IMG/VR virus record: IMGVR_UViG_3300026735_000021
Coordinates: 22,625-86,624 of that record
Source: a virus
Taxonomy: Duplodnaviria; Caudoviricetes
Strand: one strand, 5' to 3'
Length of the DNA: 64,000 bases
Position numbers and translations under genes: made by a program. The notes beneath the pieces were generated by a model. The model worked only from the letters and a program-made list of their open reading frames with translations, was not told the DNA's origin and did no database searches. This document shows positions 51,115 through 59,748 of the stretch, piece by piece (within the stretch, counting starts at the first letter, position 1; each line of letters starts with the position of its first letter).

Positions 51115-51840
51115 CATTGCAGTTAATGCAATTCCATATACTGACGCTATGGTTTTATCTGAACCAGCCATTGCACGTAATGCGCTGTCAGCATTATTTA
51201 CTAGATTTCTCATACTATTCTTAGGCAACTTAGCTGTTGCATCAAAGAATAATGTCAAGAAGTCTTTTTCTTCTACTACTTCGTCAGCATCAATTTTGAT
51301 TTTTGACTCATCCGTAGATTTTTTCGCAGATAATAATACAAACAATTGATATGCATTATATAACGTTACTTTACCCCAAAGATCGCCGATACGTTGGTTG
51401 AGCACTTTAGGATCAACTCCTGCCTGCTCAGCTTCACGTCTCATTTGTTTTTCTTCTTCGAGGTAGAAATCGATCAAGCCAAACGCCGAACGCTTAAACG
51501 CGTTGTTCGCGGCATTTGGCCACATTGGATCATCCGCTCCTTCTTTGGGGAAGAAAATGTCACCAATGTTTTCAACGTAACTTGCTGCTTTTGTGAAGTC
51601 CCCTTCACGTGCGGCATCAGCCGCATAACCCAATGGATTGTAAATGTCAGTTTTAGATGCATTAATCAAATTAAACTGAACAACTTCATATCCACGTACG
51701 GTTGCAGGTATAAAAAATTTAACCAATAACTCCCCTTTAGGGTCGTTAATTATGATATTGTCTTGTCGTTTCTGACGAGTCCACATATCAATTGTAGGTT
51801 CAATTACTGTTTGGCCCTTCCCAGCTCGAGTTATGGCTAA
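51115..51840 (-). CDS. virD4: VirD4/TraG coupling protein, exon 2
   Basis: LAITRAGKGQT (Walker A), IINDPKGEL, FNL......YNPL, DPMW. Confidence 0.9.
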
Positions 51841-51929
51841 CTTAAGGCTGGGAACGAGTTCGTCGCGATTCTTAACTCCGAACCCTATATATACTTTCAT
51901 ATATAAAGACTATGTGTTAATCAAAAATG

Positions 51930-52940
51930 TTAATATGTGTTTTCTTTATGATCTTTTAGAAAACATTCAGTGTTGCAATCATAATCATAGAACCATACAT
52001 TAAAATCTCTCAATTTTGGTTCATATATTTTTTTATTAGAAATTTGTCCATCCCAGAAAACTAAATAATTTAAATTATTTGATTTAGCTACATTTTTCTT
52101 TTCAATATCAGAATATCTCCAATTGTTTGCAGCTTTTTCCAATGATCCACCTTTTGACACCCAATTATCATAAAACTCTAAATCATTAGGGTCATTACTA
52201 TCAAACCATCGATCATTATGGCTATAAAAGCCATTCATTTCAATGAATAAATCATTAGATTTAATATAAAAATCACAATCATAAGGATATCTATCATCTA
52301 ATGGATATCGTCCATAATGTATTTTCACATCATCTATTCCAAATTTGGAAATCAACTTTTTATATACATATAATTCAAATTGAGATAGTAGTTTTTTACT
52401 TAACAAATTATCATAATTATTAGATTCATTGCTTAATTCCAATTCAGTCATAAACAATTCATGTTTTGTTTTCAATGATTTATTTAACGCCTCAGGATTA
52501 GCCAAGCCAACACCACCATATTTTTCGGTCTGAGTTTCTCTAATCTTAAACAATCGTGCTTCTTCAGATAATTTTTTAAACTCAGTTTCACCTAATAGTT
52601 TTTTAAGTGTTGGAATTGCTCGTTTACCTAAAAACAAACAATTAAACAACTCAAAGCCATCCCATCTAGCATCATTCATTAAATGATCATGCATATACTC
52701 AGAAATAATAGCTCGTTGCTCCTCTTTGCTGTAATGCTCATTGATATATTTAATTTGAGTGTCAGGTATATCCTCAGGTTTGATTTCATTTAAACCATAT
52801 TGAACTCTTTTCTTATTTAAACCTCTCAACATGATTTTATGATCTTTTTGAAGATTTGACCATCCCATTAAATATTTATGACTAATATCATTAATTTCGT
52901 TCAAATCTAATGCTTCTAATTTATGATTTACAGTTACCAT
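51930..52940 (-). CDS. Intron-encoded homing endonuclease, PD-(D/E)xK/Vsr-like
   Basis: RYPYDCDFYIKSNDLFIEMNG..SH..RWFD, homologous to the C-terminus of 48149..49579. Confidence 0.8.
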   Translation of the reverse strand: MVTVNHKLEALDLNEINDISHKYLMGWSNLQKDHKIMLRGLNKKRVQYGLNEIKPEDIPDTQIKYINEHYSKEEQRAIISEYMHDHLMNDARWDGFELFNCLFLGKRAIPTLKKLLGETEFKKLSEEARLFKIRETQTEKYGGVGLANPEALNKSLKTKHELFMTELELSNESNNYDNLLSKKLLSQFELYVYKKLISKFGIDDVKIHYGRYPLDDRYPYDCDFYIKSNDLFIEMNGFYSHNDRWFDSNDPNDLEFYDNWVSKGGSLEKAANNWRYSDIEKKNVAKSNNLNYLVFWDGQISNKKIYEPKLRDFNVWFYDYDCNTECFLKDHKENTY

Positions 52941-52973
52941 TTATATTTACCTCGGTTTCGTTCTTATATATTA

Positions 52974-53002
52974 ATTATAACACCCAAACGAGCTCGAGTC
53001 AA
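52974..53002 (-). promoter_or_regulatory. Internal sigma70-type promoter for the intron 1 endonuclease
   Basis: TTGACT-17-TATAAT with TG extension. Confidence 0.75.
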
Positions 53003-53364
53003 GCATTTTAGTTGAATATCGATGCTTTTTTTTTCATTTTTGATCCTGGATTTTTCTTCTTTATAAGTCAGGTCATAACATATAAAGCTTTACATTAAGG
53101 ACTAAAGTCCGCCTTCGCAAAAGGCTAGTCGTTGAACGTCTCCCTTATTATAAAATTATAACTTAGGGCTTTCGCTGCTAAACATCCATTTATATGACGT
53201 TTTAGGATTTAACCCTGCGTCATCTCAATATTTTTTTCTACTTTCGTTACGTAACTTTCGTTCAGCTTATCGTTTCCAATTACTGTTTCCGTATATTGAG
53301 CTTTAGGAATTCCTAGCAATAAACACAGAGTACGTGCATGTCACCATACACGCAGTGCTAACCA

Positions 53365-54315
53365 CACCATTGTATTAATAGCATCTGTTTCAACCAAGTA
53401 GGCACCTGATGGGCGCTGTACTTCGTAATCGGGAATTTCCCAATCTTGATTGATCAAATCAGCTACGCCATCGTATTTTTGTTTTTCCCTATTAGGTCTT
53501 TTTCCTTTTTTATCAGCTTGATTATAAGGAATTTTTGACACATCAAATGGTTCTCTAATTTCTTTAGCATCATCAGGGATACCACTGGCTGTCATTAAAT
53601 CTTGCCCAAATTGTTCATCAATAATTGGCATCATTTTAGAGACAGGATTACCATCTAGGTCTAAGATAGCTTCACCCTCATAAACTCTATCAACAAATTT
53701 TTCACCAGTATCTTCATCAATAAATTCCATATTTTTAGATTCTGAATACCGTTGAGTAAACGGAACCTTTTTAAGACCTTTATTTGACAAATTAATATGG
53801 CTAATCATCATTGTAGGATTTACGCTTGAATGAGCGCCCACATCAGGGAAATAATCAAATGTACGAATAGCTTCATCTGGTAACATGATATACTGGTCAT
53901 TCATATGTGGATTAATATCAGTAGTGTCATTCATTGAATTTTCACTACGCCAATTTGCCATCATTCTATTGTATAAGATTCCCCATACCATAAAGCCTAT
54001 AAGGACACTTGAGCCCCATGCTTTCCATGATGATAATCCATTATTAATATTGAATGCAACTCCAGCTACACTATTACCTCGTGACAATTGAAGCACAATA
54101 TCAGCAATTCCCATTAAAATCGAAATTAAAAATACGGATCCAATTGTAACTATGATTGACACTATTATAGATAATATTCTACGTGCTTTTGGACTCGTTT
54201 TCTGGCCTTGTTTACCCCGTTCCAATGACTGTGAATTATACACATCACGGTTTGCCGGTGTATCAGTAAACGATCGACCTTTAACGATGTCCCAATTTGA
54301 CTTTTTATTTTTCAA
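53365..54315 (-). CDS. virD4: VirD4/TraG coupling protein, exon 1 (two N-terminal TM helices)
   Basis: Two TM segments, ends YLVETDAINTMV which joins LAITRAGKG of exon 2; TTG start with RBS GAGG. Confidence 0.85.
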
Positions 54316-54417
54316 TAAAAAATAACCTCTCTTTCACTTTCTATTCAATTGTCAAAGATCAAAACCTTATTGGTCTGTATTAATTATACCACAATAGCCT
54401 GTTGTTTACCAATATTT

Positions 54418-54431
54418 ATTGAAATATCAGC
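54418..54431. promoter_or_regulatory. Palindromic operator candidate upstream of virD4
   Basis: ATTGAAATATCAGC about 30 bp upstream of the TG-TATAAT box (54383..54388). Confidence 0.5.
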
Positions 54432-54530
54432 CGATTTGTCGTCCATTATCACTGATTATTATCTAATAAAGAGGGGTATAAAAAAAGCTCTCCATATGAG
54501 AGCTAAAAATTGTTGCTGGTCAATTTTTTA

Positions 54531-56882
54531 TTATTTTTTATCAGTTGTTGATGATTTTGCTTCAGAACTTTTTGAGGCTGCTTGCTGGTCAGACCCTTTT
54601 GATTCAGATTTATCACCATAATAATTGTTATAAGTAGTTCCACCTTTATCATTAGATACTTGAGATTGAACCGATTGTACAGGTTGCGTTGTTGTTTTAT
54701 TATCACCATGCGACGCCATTACAAATCCACCAATCAAACCTAGAGCAATGGCGGCAATTGCTACAGCTACAACAATGACCATTTGTAATCGACCAGCTTT
54801 AGCTGTGCGTTCTTCCGCATAAGCGAGTTGATCAGTTAACGCTTTAATTTGATTTTGTCCTGTTTCAATTTGTGCTTGATATTTACTGTTAATTTCACCA
54901 TCCATGGTACTCAATTGAGTTTGAAGTGTATTAACTGATTTTTTCAAGTCAACATTCTGTTCATTTGCTTCATCAACTTTACGTGTCCATTCAGCAATCG
55001 TATTACTTAAATCTGATTGATGTTTATTTCTAAGATCTGCAATTTCAGATTCAGCTGAAATTTTAGCTTGAGCCAATTCATCTTCTTTAGCTTTAAGCAT
55101 AACGTTATATTGTTGACGTACTTCATCAGCTTTATGTTTTTGACGAAGTTCTTCAGCCAAGGCTTTGTTACGCATAACTTCGTTCGCATAATTTTCACGA
55201 ATAAATTTATCGATGTCATTACGGAATGAATCTTGGAATTGAATTTCACGAGCAACCATTTCTTTATATTTTTGTTGTAAATTAACAAGAATAGACGTAG
55301 ATGCTTTATCATACATACGACGAGCAACAACTTTACGTTCAGCATACATATCAGAAATATGAGCATCTGATTCGGCATTAACCTCAGAACGCATTTGTTC
55401 TTCACGTTTTGTTTTCAACAACTCGTTATCATCAAGATATAAATCATCATATTTACGAACAGCATCATCATAAGCTCGTTGTCCAAATTTATCACGTTTA
55501 ACATTGTATTCATTTTCGATACGTTGTCGTTCAGCCAAGGCAATATCTTCAAAGGCATTCAATGCAGCTTCTCGATTTTCTTGCAATGCCATATAACGTT
55601 TACCATAATCAGTAGATTCGTCATTATAATTAAGCATATCGACAAGAGAATCATGAGATTTAGACATTGCTAAATTATAAATTGAACGTAATTCTTGAAT
55701 ATTATCATTATGGAACTTCGTCATTTCAATATTAGCATCAGCATGCATTTTAGCAACGTGTCTACTTAATTCAGAATCATCAAGAGGTGCTTCATTAAAT
55801 AAAGCTAATTTAGTATCTTTATTATCGAAATGAAGATCAAACAATTTTGGATCAACATTTATTCCTAATTCATCATTATAGAATTCACGAGAAATTACTT
55901 CATCAACTAATTCTTTAGCATTAGTTTCATCCATATGCTCAAAAACAGAATCATCAAGTTCTAGGTCAGAATCATCATTAGGCAAATCATCTTCAACCGG
56001 AATCGTTGTATCTACATCATCATCGGCACCGAAATCAAATCCATCAGCCACTTCAAATGTATCATCTGTAAGGTCAGTATCATCATCAGGATTAATAGGA
56101 TAATCATCATTAGGATAATCGCCATCCTGCGAATCTTCTGCAAATGTATCGAAATCAGTTGTAGTATCAGGATCGAGAATAGATGGATCGTCAAACTCTG
56201 TCTGACTATCATCAGCATCAGAATTAACCAAAGCGTCAACATCGGATTCACCAACAACAATTGAACCATCTGGTTTTTGATGAAGTGGTGTTTCATTATT
56301 GGAAATATTAATTAAATCAGACAAATGAACAGTTGACTCAGTAACCGTTACTTCTGATTCATCCGTGATATCAACAGGGACAAGACCCCATTTAAACTCA
56401 ATTTCTCGAGCAAAACTAAATTCATCAAGTAGATCAAGAGAATCAGAATCAGGAATAATTACAATTTTATTATTACTCAAGTCTTTTTGTAGGAGCAACG
56501 ATTTAATTTGTTCACTTCGTAAGGCTTCAGCAAATGACCCAAATGATTCATCACCAGGTTGCAATCCTGAAGCAACAAGCATATCTTCAGTAAGAACAAC
56601 AACAGTATAGCCCTCATCAAGCAAACGTACAGCTGATGGCTCTTTTGTCATTTCCGATAGGACATTTAACCCCATTGATGCAACAGCATCGCTAAGGCCC
56701 ATACGAGAAATTAATGTTTTTGATTTGCGACGAGCCGTTCCTGTTGACGTCTCAGTTACTGCTGCACTAGGCTTTTTCTTAGCCTTTTTTCCACCACCAA
56801 ACAAGGACGCTTTTTGTTTTTTAGGCTTATTAGGCTTAACTTGTTTTTTGGCTACATTTTTAGTTTTTTTCTTAAATGCCAT
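54531..56882 (-). CDS. Transfer-region protein: globular N-terminus, acidic linker, long coiled coil, C-terminal TM
   Basis: D/E-rich tract, heptad-rich region, TM LQMVIVVAVAIAAIALGLIGGFVMA near C-terminus. Confidence 0.7.
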   Translation of the reverse strand: MAFKKKTKNVAKKQVKPNKPKKQKASLFGGGKKAKKKPSAAVTETSTGTARRKSKTLISRMGLSDAVASMGLNVLSEMTKEPSAVRLLDEGYTVVVLTEDMLVASGLQPGDESFGSFAEALRSEQIKSLLLQKDLSNNKIVIIPDSDSLDLLDEFSFAREIEFKWGLVPVDITDESEVTVTESTVHLSDLINISNNETPLHQKPDGSIVVGESDVDALVNSDADDSQTEFDDPSILDPDTTTDFDTFAEDSQDGDYPNDDYPINPDDDTDLTDDTFEVADGFDFGADDDVDTTIPVEDDLPNDDSDLELDDSVFEHMDETNAKELVDEVISREFYNDELGINVDPKLFDLHFDNKDTKLALFNEAPLDDSELSRHVAKMHADANIEMTKFHNDNIQELRSIYNLAMSKSHDSLVDMLNYNDESTDYGKRYMALQENREAALNAFEDIALAERQRIENEYNVKRDKFGQRAYDDAVRKYDDLYLDDNELLKTKREEQMRSEVNAESDAHISDMYAERKVVARRMYDKASTSILVNLQQKYKEMVAREIQFQDSFRNDIDKFIRENYANEVMRNKALAEELRQKHKADEVRQQYNVMLKAKEDELAQAKISAESEIADLRNKHQSDLSNTIAEWTRKVDEANEQNVDLKKSVNTLQTQLSTMDGEINSKYQAQIETGQNQIKALTDQLAYAEERTAKAGRLQMVIVVAVAIAAIALGLIGGFVMASHGDNKTTTQPVQSVQSQVSNDKGGTTYNNYYGDKSESKGSDQQAASKSSEAKSSTTDKK

Positions 56883-56964
56883 TTATATATGACCCTTTCC
56901 ATATATCATCTTATTGGAATATTGGCAAGCCAATATGCTCATATAATGATTGTACCATAAATAT

Positions 56965-56978
56965 GCTGATTTTCCAAT
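56965..56978. promoter_or_regulatory. Palindromic operator candidate (variant)
   Basis: GCTGATTTTCCAAT at -35 of TTGGAA-17-TACAAT promoter. Confidence 0.4.
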
Positions 56979-57015
56979 CATTAATAGTACAAAATTATAA
57001 TTTTTTTTAGTACTA

Positions 57016-58812
57016 TTATTTTTGAATAGAACCAACTACAATTTTAGCTTTAGATTTAAGTTGGGTTTTTGATTTACTTGTCATTGTACCTTCAATCTTA
57101 GCTGCGATTTTCTTTTCATCTGGATGAATATTAATATATCTGGCCACCATACTGGTTAATTCAAGATTAAGACGACGAATGACACCACGAGCTCCACCCG
57201 CATCTGTATCTTTATCAATATTTTCATATAATAGATAATCAATAATAGTTTCAGTAACAGTCAATGTCACATTATGTTTATCATATACCTCTCGAATTAA
57301 TTGTCCAACTTTATTTCTAATAATACGATTCAACGTTTCAGGTTTCAAGTCATTAAATGCAATCATTGAATCAAACCTGTTAATTAATTCACTAGGAAAT
57401 GTTTGATCATTAATCAATGCTCTCCGAATAACTTTAACATAATTATACATACCTGATGAGCCATCAACGTCATCATTGTAATTTGAAATTTGTTTATAAA
57501 TATCCGAACCAACGTTAGTTGTGCCCACGATATATGAGTTAGCGAATGAAACTTCCCTATTATTTTTGTCAGACAATCGAGCATCATCTAATACTTGCAA
57601 TAGCAAGCGAGACGCGTCTGAGTGGGCTTTTTCAATTTCATCAATAAGAATAATACTATAAGGTTTAGCCCATACTCTCATAGTCAAATCTGTCCTAAAT
57701 TTATCAACGGATTCTGCTGTATTATATTCAGACATATCATATCGAATAAGGGCTGAATCGGACCCAAATATCAGATTGGCTAAACCTTTAGCCATTTCCG
57801 TTTTACCAACCCCAGTTGGACCTGTAAACAGGAATGATGTCATTGGTCTTGATTTATCATGCAAATCGGCGACTGCAATTTGTAATCGACGTTCAACCAT
57901 TTGAACGGCGTGCTTTTGGCCATAAACTCGAGAATTTAGGGCTCTTTCAATTTCACGACCATTTACATTGAATGCAACATTAATTCCAGAACTTTCATAA
58001 ATAACTGTTGCCAATAATGCTTTATTCATTTTAGCATGATAGGCTTTATGCCAACCAATCATAGCATCAAGCACTAAAATTGATTTACGCGGTTGACTAT
58101 TTGCTGGAATATATCTATTCGTATAATCATAAATATCATCATATAATGATCGATCAATAATCGCTTCTGAAACCTCATATTTTTTCGCCATATTTTTAAG
58201 AATAGTAATAACTGTTTCTTTATTAGGTTCACGAACATTAATACGTTGCAACCGTTCGACTAAGGCTTGATTTGATGATATATATTGATTAAATTCGCCA
58301 TATGTTGTTGCGGCAATAACTTTAATACCACGAGTCGCACTATCTGCCAGCATTGGTTTGATTGCTTCAGTTGCTGCTGTTGATAAATTCACAATTTGAT
58401 GAAATTCATCAATGAATAAGACTAATTCATAAGAGCTTGTCGAATTACGAAAACGTTGAGCGTCATCAAATAAACCTTTCAGTCGTGACGCCATTTGAAC
58501 GGCACCATCTTCACCTTGTTCACTCGCTGCCATCTTTGCAATATCTACTTCCAAATAAATACGATGGTCTTTGTCTACTACAGATGCGCCTTGAACTAAC
58601 GCCGTTTTACCTGATCCAGGTTCGCCCAGCAATATCGGATTAGACACTTCAGCCCGAGCCAAACTAGCCAATAAACTTCTAATCTCAGCATCACGACCAA
58701 TAATTTGACGAGATGGAGATTTTACAACTGTTGCATATTTTGATAAAGTTGGGAAATTTTTCAAGTCTTTAATCGCATCTTCTTTTTTTACATCTTGATT
58801 TAACAAATACAA
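57016..58812 (-). CDS. Clp/Hsp100 double-ring AAA+ ATPase (no N-domain, no middle domain)
   Basis: IIGRDAEI, NPILLGEPGSGKT, LFIDEFH, AATT..EF, GPTGVGKT, LIDEIEKAH, PSELINRF. Confidence 0.92.
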   Translation of the reverse strand: MYLLNQDVKKEDAIKDLKNFPTLSKYATVVKSPSRQIIGRDAEIRSLLASLARAEVSNPILLGEPGSGKTALVQGASVVDKDHRIYLEVDIAKMAASEQGEDGAVQMASRLKGLFDDAQRFRNSTSSYELVLFIDEFHQIVNLSTAATEAIKPMLADSATRGIKVIAATTYGEFNQYISSNQALVERLQRINVREPNKETVITILKNMAKKYEVSEAIIDRSLYDDIYDYTNRYIPANSQPRKSILVLDAMIGWHKAYHAKMNKALLATVIYESSGINVAFNVNGREIERALNSRVYGQKHAVQMVERRLQIAVADLHDKSRPMTSFLFTGPTGVGKTEMAKGLANLIFGSDSALIRYDMSEYNTAESVDKFRTDLTMRVWAKPYSIILIDEIEKAHSDASRLLLQVLDDARLSDKNNREVSFANSYIVGTTNVGSDIYKQISNYNDDVDGSSGMYNYVKVIRRALINDQTFPSELINRFDSMIAFNDLKPETLNRIIRNKVGQLIREVYDKHNVTLTVTETIIDYLLYENIDKDTDAGGARGVIRRLNLELTSMVARYINIHPDEKKIAAKIEGTMTSKSKTQLKSKAKIVVGSIQK

Positions 58813-58876
58813 TCTACCTTTCTAAAACAAACGACCGAGACAGAAATCCGCCTCGGCAAAAATTTAATGACGAGAG

Positions 58877-59659
58877 TTAATAATTCTCAACGTTATCAAT
58901 TGTCATTGGTCGGCCATTATCTTCGTCATCATCATTATCTTCGTCATAATCATTATCTGTTGACTTTTCAATAACATCATCCACAATTGGAATATCAGTT
59001 ACGTCCAGAACACCGGCCATTATATCGTCAAGCCCACTGTCAACATCTGTATCCGTCTGATTTGAGGCAAAAAAATCACTAACAGCTCTAGTTTCAACCT
59101 TATCCGAAATACGATCAAGAATACCCTTAGATTCTTCTTGTTGTTCTTGTTGTTCTTGTTGTTCTTGTTGTTCTTGTTCGTCTTGTTCTTGTTCGTCTTG
59201 TTGAGGTTCATCTTGTTCTAGTTCGTCATCATTGATTTCTGATTCAATCAATGATTCGTGAGTTTGTCCTGACAACTTAACCAATGTATCTAACATTGAG
59301 TCATCTGTTGATTTCAAGAAAACAGTTGGTGTATGACCAGGATCTTCATCAAAAAGGTCTGGATCTACACCCGCATCATAGTTGTCATCAATGACCGGAA
59401 CATCTTCGTTATCATCCGGAATCTCGACAACTAATGATTTAAAATCAGCATCTAATGATGGCTTAGATTGATTAGGAAATTCAAACAAATCGTCTTCATC
59501 ATATACTGTATCTAGCAATCCTACTAATTCTTCGAAGTATTGATTGAATTTATTTTTGATTTTGTCGTCGGCTACTGAATTAACTTCAACAGATGCCTTA
59601 TCAAGCCAACGTTGTAGTTTCAACGCTGACGACAATTGACTATTAGCATTTAAGGTCAT
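58877..59659 (-). CDS. Acidic low-complexity protein containing a 28-aa copy of VirD4
   Basis: D/E-rich, EQQ repeats, internal VFLKSTDDSMLDTLVKLSGQTHESLIES. Confidence 0.65.
   Translation of the reverse strand: MTLNANSQLSSALKLQRWLDKASVEVNSVADDKIKNKFNQYFEELVGLLDTVYDEDDLFEFPNQSKPSLDADFKSLVVEIPDDNEDVPVIDDNYDAGVDPDLFDEDPGHTPTVFLKSTDDSMLDTLVKLSGQTHESLIESEINDDELEQDEPQQDEQEQDEQEQQEQQEQQEQQEESKGILDRISDKVETRAVSDFFASNQTDTDVDSGLDDIMAGVLDVTDIPIVDDVIEKSTDNDYDEDNDDDEDNGRPMTIDNVENY
59241..59324. repeat. 84-bp direct repeat shared with virD4 exon 4 (47424..47507)
   Basis: GATTCAATCAATGATTC(A/G)TGAG...TTTCAAGAAAACA, one mismatch in 84. Confidence 0.95.
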
Positions 59660-59748
59660 GCCATTACCTCCAGTTATTTAAAATAATTTTAAGAATGTAT
59701 GTTCATCTATAATAATATCATAGTTTTAGTGAAAAATCTACTCATAAA

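Larger units (their letters stand above)
51841..53363 (-). mobile_element. Group I intron (intron 1 of virD4) with homing endonuclease between R and S (P8 region)
   Basis: P ATTGCTAGGAA, Q TTTAGCAGCGAA, R GTTCAACGACTAG (53125..53137), S ACACATAGTCT (51907..51917), GAAA-capped P9, terminal G at 51841; P1 with U.G pair; 5' boundary uncertain by 1 nt. Confidence 0.9.

Noticed and set aside
53360-53370. Group II 5' end (GTGTG) for intron 1
   Set aside because: No domain V or AY end; clear group I P, Q, R and S elements instead
46343-54315. Four separate tra genes, a frameshifted pseudogene, or inteins
   Set aside because: Intervening sequences have group I and group II RNA cores and in-frame stops, and the endonuclease ORFs have their own promoters and starts
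7488-56978. Host LexA, FNR, Rex or CcpA boxes as the identity of the palindrome
   Set aside because: Half-site sequence and spacing do not match those consensus sites
59160-59230. Functional repeat element (TTGTTC/EQQ run)
   Set aside because: Simple low-complexity microsatellite within an acidic linker
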